From an uncultured bacterium (GTDB taxonomy: Bacteria; Planctomycetota; PLA2), in contig CBDURV010000001.1 of NCBI GenBank assembly GCA_965369495.1, positions 1 through 29,317 of the forward strand: DNA of 29,317 nt, read 5' to 3'. The position numbers and the translations under genes were made by a program. Positions 17,196 to 24,491 of the stretch are shown here, one piece after another (the first letter of the stretch is position 1; each line of letters begins with the position of its first letter). The notes under the pieces were generated by a model that did no database searches, was not told the origin of the DNA, and saw only the letters and a list, made by a program, of their open reading frames with translations.

Positions 17196-17410
17196 GACAG
17201 TTCTGGCATTGGATTTCGTTCCTGTGGGCCCGTCCGCGTCGGTCTTGTCCAGTCGCCTTGTCGAGCTGGGCGGAGCCCGCTCAGGAAAGTAGTCGGCGGG
17301 GCCTTCATCCGAGGTGACGGCCTCTGTGAGGCCAGTAGCGCATCGAAGTGCCTCGCCGTTGAGTTCCGACTTGGTCGGGTAGTCTGTTTTGATGTCGAAG
17401 AGCGTGCGCG
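17196..17410 (-). ncRNA. Candidate seek/bridge RNA region (3' non-coding end of the IS1111-like element)
   Basis: Position downstream of the transposase and inside the subterminal IR matches where IS1111-type elements encode guide RNA (established knowledge). Local hairpins include CCGAC-CAA-GTCGG and GGCCTC-ACA-GAGGCC. Guide segments were not identified by eye. Confidence 0.5.
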
Positions 17411-18438
17411 CTACGCCTTGCCGAGGCAGCGCTCCATGCTGAATACTTCGCCGCGCGACAGCACGATGTAGATGCCGACCAGCAGGCGCCGCGCGAGAGT
17501 CGTCCGCACGTTGTTGGCATGCATCCGGCGCCGGTAGGGCTCGGCCCACTTGCGCACCAGCGGATGCGTGCTCATCAGCCGCACCGCGGTCTGGTTGAGG
17601 ATCCAGCGCAGCTCCTTGTTGCCCTTCTTGGTGATCCGGCCGTGGTGGCTCGTATCTGCCGAGTTGGCGACCCGTGGCACAAGCCCACTGTAGGACGCCG
17701 CCGCGCGCGCGTTGCGAAAGCGGCTCACGTCACCGAGCTCGGCCACCAGCGTCAACGCGGTCTGCGCGCCGACCTGCGGGATCATCGCCTGCAGCGCGGC
17801 AACCTTGCTCGCTTTGGCGCGTTCGACGATCCGCTTGTGCAGTCGTCGGATCGACTCCTCCATCTGCTCCAGCGCAAACACCAGCGCGTCCATGCAGCAG
17901 TCGAGATCCAGCACCGCTAGGCAGATCGCCCGCAGGCGCGCTAGCTGGCGGGGTGCGTAGAGCAGCCCTCTGGGCGGGGCGACCTTGAACGCGTCCAGCA
18001 GCGCGCGGATGCGATTGCTCAGGTGCGTGCGCTGCCCGACGAGGTCGTGCCGGATCCGCTCGAGCTGACGCAGTGCATACACCTCGTCGGACGGATAGTG
18101 GTCTTCGCAAAGCGATCGAGATCACCGAGACGCAGGCGCCGCGCGATCTCGTGCGCGTCGCGACGATCGTTCTTCTTGCCGCAGGACCGCAGATTGAGCC
18201 GCGCCGCATCGACGACAACGATGTCGTAGCCGCGTTCTTGGCAGGCGTTGACAAACCAGCGGTTCAAGCCGACCGCCTCCACGGCGAATCGAGCGGGGCT
18301 CCACTGGCTCAGATGGGCGACGAGGGCGAGCCCCAGATCGAGCGTCTCGACCCGATGGCGCTCCTCCGCGTCGAGCACACGAATCTGAATCACACTCTTG
18401 TGCAAATCGACTACAACGAAATACTGGGTATGGGGCAT
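17411..18438 (-). pseudogene. IS110-family transposase with a one-base deletion near 18100
   Basis: N-part: VDLHK, AVEAVG, KKNDRRDA (DEDD RuvC-like). C-part: IPQVGAQTA..LVAELGD..RF.NAR...SYSGLVP....SAD....GRITKKGN..LR. The frames join at AAG ACC AC TAT CCG TCC GAC GAG; adding one base gives a ~342-aa protein. AAGGA RBS upstream of the ATG at 18438. Confidence 0.9.
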
Positions 18439-18509
18439 GGTCGGTTGTTCCTTTCCGTCTTGTGGGAAGACTTCAGAAAGGATGCGATCGGCCTACCCCG
18501 CTATACCTT

Positions 18510-18681
18510 CCGGGTGTTTTCCTGCGAAACTCGCGAGTCAATTTGGCAGACGAGTTTCGGAGAATTACTCCCGGTACCGAATCTCGGGTCGATCCGGACC
18601 GGGATTGGATGCACGGCATCGACCGGCGTCCTCTTCCGAGGGCGCTTACTCGGAAAAACTGTGTCTGACGCCGTACTTCCT
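18510..18681 (+). repeat. Remainder of full element R4: module A (to 18579) + linker type beta + module B (18616-~18681)
   Basis: ccgggtgttttcctgcgaaactcgcgagtcaatttggcagacgagtttcggagaattactcccggtaccgaatctcgggtcgatccggaccgggattggatgcacggcatcgaccggcgtcctcttccgagggcgcttactcggaaaaactgtgtctgacgccgtacttcc, nearly identical to R3. Confidence 0.95.
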
Positions 18682-18734
18682 AGTACTTCCTCTCGAACGA
18701 GCATCCGCGGCGCGCGGCGAGTACCCTGACTCGC

Positions 18735-21416
18735 ATGGCCGCCGATGCCCCCGCCCTCATCCTGCGCGACGGAACGACCGTGCGTGTGCGGCTGTGTACG
18801 CCCGAAGACGTTCCGGCGATGCGGGAGTTTCTGGCCCGCGTCGAACAGCGCGCCGGTAGCGACAGCACCCTGCGCGAGCGAGCCATGGGGCACGTTACCG
18901 TGGAGGAGCTTTGCGACTGCGAGCGGCCGGATGACCGATTGACAGTGCTTGCGCTGCGCACGATCGACGGCGTGGAGCGCGTCGTCGGATCGGCGAGCTA
19001 TGTCGCCACTGACGACGGCGCAGCCGAGATCGCCCTGGGCGTCGATGCGGACTTCCGCGGGCTTGGTCTCGCGACGGCGCTGGTCGAGCGGATCGCACCG
19101 GCCGCCGCACACCATGGCCATCGACGGCTGATCGTGCGCGTGGCAGAGGGCAACGAGCGCCTGCTCGAGTTGCTGCGGCGCAGCGGTTACCCCCTCGCGG
19201 AGGACCAGGCGCGTGGCCTCGTCGTCGTGGACATCTCTGCCATGCCGCAGGGCGAGGCCCGCGAACGCGGAGAACTGCGCGATCGCCTGGCAGCCGCCGC
19301 GTCGATGCGCCCCTTCTTCCATCCGCGCGCCGTCGCCGTAGTGGGAGCGTCCCGCAACGAGGACAGCCTCGGCTTCCGCACGCTGCACGCCCTCGTGCTG
19401 AATCGCTTCCACGGTCCCGTCTATGCGGTGAACCCGAAGGCGGCCAGCGTCGGCGCGATCCCCTGCTACCCCTCTGTAAGCGAATTGCCGGGGCCCGTCG
19501 ATCTCGCCATCGTCCTCGTCCCCAAGCAGCATGTCGATGCCGTCGTGGACGACTGCGCGGCGGCGGGCGTCCGCGCGCTGGTCGTCATCACCGCAGGCTA
19601 CGCGGAGACGGGCGAAGAGGGACGGGCGCGCCAGGATCGCCTGCGGGATCGCGTGCGCGGCCATGGCATGCGCATGGTCGGGCCGAACTGCATGGGGCTC
19701 ATCAACGCCGACCCCGAGGTGCGCTTGGCAGCCACGTTCGCTCCCGCGTTCCCGCCGGCCGGCAACGTCGCCATGAGTTCGCAGAGCGGTGCGCTCGGCC
19801 TGGCCATTCTCGCGACCGCGGAGGAGATCGGCATGGGCCTCTCCACGTTCGTGAGCGTGGGCAACAAGGCTGACGTCTCGGCGAACGATCTGTTGCTCTA
19901 CTGGGAAGGCGACGAGCACACGGACGTGATCCTGCTCTACGTCGAGTCCTTCGGCAACCCGCGCTGCTTCGCGCGCATCGCTCGGCGCATCGGCCGCGAG
20001 AAACCCATCGTCGCAGTGAAGAGCGGCCGCACGCGCGCAGGCAAGCGGGCCGCGGGGAGTCACACGGCCGCCCTCGCCGAGAGCGACGTCGCGGTCGATG
20101 CGCTCTTCAGCCAGACGGGCGTGCTGCGGGCGGAGACGCTGGAGGAAATGTTCGACATCGCGTTGGTGCTGTCGAGCCAGCCTCTGCCGCGAGGCAACCG
20201 GGTGGCCATCCTCACCAACGCCGGCGGGCCCGGCATCCTGGCCGCGGACGCCCTTGAGTCCCGCGGCATGCAGATCGCGGAACTGAGCGCGGACGTGCGG
20301 GCGCGGCTCGCGGAGTTCCTCCCGGAGGAGGCCAGCACCACGAACCCCGTCGACATGATCGCCGGGGCCGGTGCGCAGGAGTACGCGCGCGCGGTGCAGG
20401 TGCTGCTCGAGGCAGACGAAGTGGATGCGCTGATTCTGATTCACGCGCCGATCGAGGCTTCGCATCTCGTCTCCGTGGAAGATGCCCTGCACGATGTGCT
20501 CGCGAAGATCGACGCAGACGATCACAAGCCGGTGCTGACTTGTTTGATGGGGGCCGGGGGAAGGGGGCCGGCACGGCGCCTGCGTCGCGGGGTGCCGTCC
20601 TACGCGTTTCCGGAGGCGGCCGCGCGTGTGCTTGGGCGAGTCGCCGAATACGCGGCGTGGCGTCGTGAACCCCTGGGCGTCGAGCCTGAGTTCGAGGATT
20701 TCAACGCGGATGCCGCGCGCGGCGTGTGCGATCGCGTGCTGGCCGAGCGCGGAGACGGCTGGTTGCTGCCCGACGAGGTGGCGGCACTCGGTGCGGCCTG
20801 CGGACTGCCGCTCGTGGAGGGGCGTGTCGCGACGTCGGCCGACGAGGCGGCCGACGTCGCGGAGTCGCTCGGGATGCCGGTCGTCGCGAAGCTCGTCAGC
20901 CGCACCCTGGTTCACAAGACCGACCTTGGCGGCGTGCAGCTGAATCTGCGTGACGCCGCGGCAGTGCGGAACGCGTTCGACACCATCCGCGGAGCGCTCG
21001 AGACGGCGGGCCACGAAGACGCGTTCGAGGGCGTGCTGGTGCAACCCATGCTCTCGGGCGGCGTCGAGATCATGGCCGGCATGACCGAGGATCCGGTCTT
21101 CGGGCCCTTGATTGCCTTCGGTCTCGGCGGAATTCACGTCGAGGTGTTGGGGGACGTGGTGTTCCGCGTGGCGCCCCTGACCGACAAGGACGCACACGAG
21201 ATGGTGCAGGGCATTCGCGGTCGCAAGCTCTTGGAGGGCTACCGGGGCCATCCGCCGGCGGACGAGCCGGCGCTCGAGGAAATGTTGCTGCGCCTGTCGC
21301 GACTGGTGGACGAGGTCGACGAGATCGACGACCTCGACATCAATCCGGCGTTCGCCCTGCCGCCCGGCGAAGGTTGCCGGATCGTGGATCTACGCGTGCA
21401 CGTGCGGCGCGGTTGA
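18735..21416 (+). CDS. GNAT acetyltransferase (N-terminal) fused to an NDP-forming acyl-CoA synthetase-like region (Pat-type protein lysine acetyltransferase, GNAT-first architecture)
   Basis: LRDGTTVRVR...ED, AEIALGVDADFRGLGLATAL (GNAT). FFHPRAVAVVGASR, GPVYAVNP, GPNCMG, SQSGALG, VSVGNKADVS, YVESFGNP, KSGRT, SHTAALA, TNAGGPG, NPVD. ATP-grasp HKTDLGGV, VLVQPM, DPVFGP, DINP. Confidence 0.9.
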   Translation: MAADAPALILRDGTTVRVRLCTPEDVPAMREFLARVEQRAGSDSTLRERAMGHVTVEELCDCERPDDRLTVLALRTIDGVERVVGSASYVATDDGAAEIALGVDADFRGLGLATALVERIAPAAAHHGHRRLIVRVAEGNERLLELLRRSGYPLAEDQARGLVVVDISAMPQGEARERGELRDRLAAAASMRPFFHPRAVAVVGASRNEDSLGFRTLHALVLNRFHGPVYAVNPKAASVGAIPCYPSVSELPGPVDLAIVLVPKQHVDAVVDDCAAAGVRALVVITAGYAETGEEGRARQDRLRDRVRGHGMRMVGPNCMGLINADPEVRLAATFAPAFPPAGNVAMSSQSGALGLAILATAEEIGMGLSTFVSVGNKADVSANDLLLYWEGDEHTDVILLYVESFGNPRCFARIARRIGREKPIVAVKSGRTRAGKRAAGSHTAALAESDVAVDALFSQTGVLRAETLEEMFDIALVLSSQPLPRGNRVAILTNAGGPGILAADALESRGMQIAELSADVRARLAEFLPEEASTTNPVDMIAGAGAQEYARAVQVLLEADEVDALILIHAPIEASHLVSVEDALHDVLAKIDADDHKPVLTCLMGAGGRGPARRLRRGVPSYAFPEAAARVLGRVAEYAAWRREPLGVEPEFEDFNADAARGVCDRVLAERGDGWLLPDEVAALGAACGLPLVEGRVATSADEAADVAESLGMPVVAKLVSRTLVHKTDLGGVQLNLRDAAAVRNAFDTIRGALETAGHEDAFEGVLVQPMLSGGVEIMAGMTEDPVFGPLIAFGLGGIHVEVLGDVVFRVAPLTDKDAHEMVQGIRGRKLLEGYRGHPPADEPALEEMLLRLSRLVDEVDEIDDLDINPAFALPPGEGCRIVDLRVHVRRG

Positions 21417-21431
21417 TCACGCTCGCGAGTA

Positions 21432-21556
21432 CGGTTCCGGGAGTCTTCTTGCGAAACTCGCGGGAAGACCGATCTGGCCTCCCGCACCGGGGCCAACAGC
21501 TCCGGCAAGCCGCGCCAATTCGACAGACGAGTTTCGACGAGTTCTTCCCGGTACCG
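21432..21556 (+). repeat. Diverged module A (R5, 125 bp) with a 50-nt central insertion
   Basis: First 30 nt match the consensus 26/30 and last 45 nt match 36/45. The insert (21462-21511) sits at the hairpin apex. CGAAACTCG/CGAGTTTCG inner boxes are intact. Confidence 0.85.
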
Positions 21557-21585
21557 TATTCGGGCGCAGTTGCTCCGGGACGCGA

Positions 21586-24159
21586 TCAGCGACTGGCGCT
21601 CGCGGCGGCGGCGGCGACCATCGGCTGCCTGCTCTTGGCCGCCTTCTCGATCACCTTGCGCAGCTTATCGATTTCGGTCTTCCCATGGTCGACGTAGATA
21701 GGTGCGAGCAGCGCCATGAGACCGGCGCCGACGGTGTAAACCTTGCCGCCGTACGGGCCCCACGCTCCGATAGGCTCCCAGCCGGGCGTCTTGACCGACG
21801 TAAGCATCGTGTTGAGTTGGAGCAGCCACCTTTGGGCCATTTTGCTGGGCTCAGCCTGGCAAAGCAGGCGCGCGCCGAACGCCCAGTAGAGATAGTCGAC
21901 CTCGTCGCGTTTCTCGGTGTCCCAGCCGGGCTCCCGATCCTGTACGACCGCGCGCCCGAGCTTGTACGTCGAGCCGACCTTCGTAACTTCCGGCTCGACC
22001 AGGGCGCGGCACCAACAGGCGATGGCGGTCGTGGAATACACGCTTCGGTCGCGACCTATGATCGTGCGTCCGCGGATTTCGATCGTGTCCGTGCCAAGTT
22101 GTTTCTTGAACATGGGGAACGCCGGGCTGCCGCCAGCGACGTTGTAGCCGACCTGCCCGAATTCGGGATCGGTCATCTTGGTGAACCAGTCGATGCCGCC
22201 CTGGAGAGCGATCGCCGAGCGTATTCCTGTCGCGTGCTCCGCGGCGACGAGCGCGTAGATACACCAGCCGGTGCAGAAGGTGTCATTGTCGCCCGGTCGC
22301 GCCCGGTAGCGCCACGCGAGGGACGGGTTGCGCGCCTTCCGCAGGTACTTGATGGCGTGTTCAAGCGTGCGGTTCATCGACTTGCCGCCGCTCAAGATCG
22401 CGTGTTCGGCCAGCGCGGCGGTCGAGATGGCGTGCAACAGCACGTGGTGCGTGTGCTTGCGTTCACCGATGAGGCCGTCCTTCTGCTGCCAGCGCTGCAG
22501 GTAGCGGCAGGCGGCCAAGACTGTCGAGCCGTGCCGGGGATGCTGCTCGGTCACACCTGCCGCCGCGTATCCGAGCAGCGCCATCGCCGTCACGCCGAGA
22601 TCGCAATCGGGGTTGCCGCCGTACTTGTCGCAGTCCCACGCCGCCCAGTCCTCGGTGCGCTCCACAGACCGTGTGAGCCAGTCGAGAGCGCCCTCCGCTT
22701 TCTTGCGGGTCTTGGTGTCGAGTTTCGCGAATCGAGCCGTGCGCAACTCCGGCACGCCGGGCACCGCCTCGCGCACGATGCGGGCGATTGCGCGCACCGC
22801 CACGCTGGCGACGCGCGGATCCTTGTCGCGCGCGACATCGGTGAGCAGTTCGAGCAGGTCGGGGTGGAGCGGCCGCACAAGCCCGGCGAGTTCGATGACG
22901 CCGGGAGTGCGCGCTTGGCTCGCGGCCGCAGCGAACACGTCAATGTGCGGTCGCGGTTTGCCGACCTGGAAGAGCCGATACCAGCAGTACGCGCGGACGG
23001 CGGGGTTTTCGTCCTTTAGACCTCGCCGAAGGTCCGCCTCCTGCGCATCGGACCAGCGAAAGCGCGTCACGACAACCCGATACACTGCGGCGCGCACGCC
23101 CTCGTCGGCATCCTTGGTCGCGGCGGGCACGCCCCCGAGGACATCCTTCGGAACCTTCGAGTATGTGGAGGCGAGCAGCCCGAAGAACGCGCGCCGCACG
23201 GCAGGATCCTTGTGCGTCGCAAGCGAACCGAGTTTGTCGAACGGGAGGCCCTGCTGCTTGGTGTTGGCCCAGTCCACGCGCGCGAGCGCTTCGAGCAGCG
23301 GCGCGTTGCCCTTGGCCGCTTCGGTGGCGATGGTGCCGTGCAATTTGGGGGCGAGGAAAGAAATGGCATCGATCGTGGTCGGGAGTCGCGCCAATAACTC
23401 GGGCCAAATCTCATCGCTCACGGGTGTCACCGACTCGGCCGCGGCCGCGCGCACCACCGGCGCCGGATCCTCCAGCGCCTTGAGCAGGACGCGAACGACC
23501 ATCTGCTTGTCTGGCAGAACCTGCGCCGCCGCCCGCACAGCGTTTCCACGCACGCTGGCTTCAGGATCGGCGCAAGCCGCCTGGATCCTCGCGGAATAGC
23601 GTCCCGCCTTCGGCCCGAATGCGACCAGCGCACCATATCCCGCGGCGCGACGCGTCTTGCTCTTGGAGTCGAGGTACTTCTCCAGCGCGGCAAAGCTGGG
23701 CGGCCCCACTTTCGCAAGGGCTGCCGCCGCAGCGGCGCGGGTGTCCGCGTGTCGTGAGATCAGCAGGCGGCAGAGTGCGGAAACGTGTTTTGATCGCGCG
23801 TAGAGGAGTGCGGGCGCGAGCGTGCGGCGAACGGTGGGATCGTCGTCGCCGGCTACGCGAATGATGCTCGTTCCATGCTTCGTGAAGGTGGCCGCATCCT
23901 TGCTCCACTCGGCCAGTAACGCGGCCGCGGAGCGGCGTCCGGGAACCGAAATCTTCTTCCACGCCTTGAGCACGTCCTTGGTCGCCCGCGGGCCGTACGA
24001 GCGCAACACATCGCTGGCCTCTTGCGCCCTGTCCGCACGGCGCGAGCCGAGCGCGATGGCCCACTTGCCCGTATCCACTTGCCCGTGCGCCACCCCCGCG
24101 AGCAACATCAGAGTCACGCAGATCGAACCGCAGATCGAACCACTTTCCATCGGGGGCAT
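21586..24159 (-). CDS. Secreted HEAT-repeat protein with a C-terminal prenyltransferase/squalene-cyclase-repeat (alpha-alpha toroid) domain
   Basis: Signal-like VTLMLLAGVAHG-Q; HEAT units (DDDPTVRR, DPEASVRGNAV, DADEGVRAAV). GVTAMALLGY..AG, YLQRWQQKDG, HAISTAAL, AWRYRARPGDND..CTGW..AL, FGQVGY. Exact start uncertain (24159, 24150 or a later codon). Confidence 0.75.
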   Translation of the reverse strand: MPPMESGSICGSICVTLMLLAGVAHGQVDTGKWAIALGSRRADRAQEASDVLRSYGPRATKDVLKAWKKISVPGRRSAAALLAEWSKDAATFTKHGTSIIRVAGDDDPTVRRTLAPALLYARSKHVSALCRLLISRHADTRAAAAAALAKVGPPSFAALEKYLDSKSKTRRAAGYGALVAFGPKAGRYSARIQAACADPEASVRGNAVRAAAQVLPDKQMVVRVLLKALEDPAPVVRAAAAESVTPVSDEIWPELLARLPTTIDAISFLAPKLHGTIATEAAKGNAPLLEALARVDWANTKQQGLPFDKLGSLATHKDPAVRRAFFGLLASTYSKVPKDVLGGVPAATKDADEGVRAAVYRVVVTRFRWSDAQEADLRRGLKDENPAVRAYCWYRLFQVGKPRPHIDVFAAAASQARTPGVIELAGLVRPLHPDLLELLTDVARDKDPRVASVAVRAIARIVREAVPGVPELRTARFAKLDTKTRKKAEGALDWLTRSVERTEDWAAWDCDKYGGNPDCDLGVTAMALLGYAAAGVTEQHPRHGSTVLAACRYLQRWQQKDGLIGERKHTHHVLLHAISTAALAEHAILSGGKSMNRTLEHAIKYLRKARNPSLAWRYRARPGDNDTFCTGWCIYALVAAEHATGIRSAIALQGGIDWFTKMTDPEFGQVGYNVAGGSPAFPMFKKQLGTDTIEIRGRTIIGRDRSVYSTTAIACWCRALVEPEVTKVGSTYKLGRAVVQDREPGWDTEKRDEVDYLYWAFGARLLCQAEPSKMAQRWLLQLNTMLTSVKTPGWEPIGAWGPYGGKVYTVGAGLMALLAPIYVDHGKTEIDKLRKVIEKAAKSRQPMVAAAAASASR

Positions 24160-24219
24160 CGTAACAGGCTGGAAGATCTGGGCTTAGGGCGGTGGAGCGC
24201 GGAACGCGGTCCGCGGTAC

Positions 24220-24402
24220 CGATCACGCGAGTCTCGAATTGAGTCCGTTCGGCGCAGCGCCGAGCGATAGCGGGCGGAACGCGTGTCGCGCCCGTAGCTC
24301 ACGGATTCGGACCGCGCTTTCTGGACGATGGCGTGCGAGTTCCTGGAGAACTGGAGAGAACACCTCGTCATCGTGAACCCCGAGACGGTGATTCGCTGGC
24401 AT
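24220..24402 (+). pseudogene. Decayed N-terminal fragment of a DDE 'integrase core domain' (IS3/IS481-like) transposase
   Basis: Translates as ...RP*LTDSDRAFWTMACEFLENWREHLVIVNPETVIRWH, matching the recognisable RPRLT..DR.FW......W...LVIV.PETV.RWH motif. In-frame stops and a frameshift upstream. Bracketed by CGGTACCG at 24214-24221 and 24404-24411. Confidence 0.7.
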
Positions 24403-24416
24403 CCGGTACCGTATCG

Positions 24417-24487
24417 CGGTACCGGGTGTTTTCCAAACTCGCGGGTCAAATTGGCAGACGAGTTTCGGAGAATTACTCCCGGTACCG
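24417..24487 (+). repeat. Module A copy R6 (71 bp; 4-nt deletion of TGCG), preceded by an inverted left-end motif CGGTACCGTATCG (24404-24416)
   Basis: cggtaccgggtgttttcc----aaactcgcgggtcaaattggcagacgagtttcggagaattactcccggtaccg; ends 4 nt from the stop of the next gene. Confidence 0.92.
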
Positions 24488-24491
24488 GGCC

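Larger units (their letters stand above)
17163..18509 (-). mobile_element. IS110-family (IS1111-like) insertion sequence, 1347 bp between duplicated CC cores
   Basis: CC at both junctions (17161-17162, 18510-18511). 15-bp subterminal IRs with 1 mismatch (GGCCGATCTCATCCT 17181-17195; AGGATGCGATCGGCC 18479-18493). Short 5' end, ~250-bp 3' non-coding end, DEDD transposase. Confidence 0.9.

Noticed and set aside
17340-17395. Definite target/donor guide loops in the IS non-coding end
   Set aside because: Only partial, interrupted matches to the target and none clear for the donor junction; needs covariation analysis.
20549-20571. Second G-quadruplex motif
   Set aside because: Only three long G tracts plus GG, and it is explained by codons for MGAGGRGP within the CDS.
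3233-24487. CRISPR array
   Set aside because: Repeats are 70-180 bp and separated by kilobase gene-containing segments, not 25-45 bp spacers; no cas genes are seen.
3238-24487. Canonical integron attC sites / intI
   Set aside because: The ends are CGGTACCG, not RYYYAAC...GTTRRRY. The only AAC/GTT pair is in the inner boxes, just 23 nt apart, too short for attC. No integron integrase is in the window.
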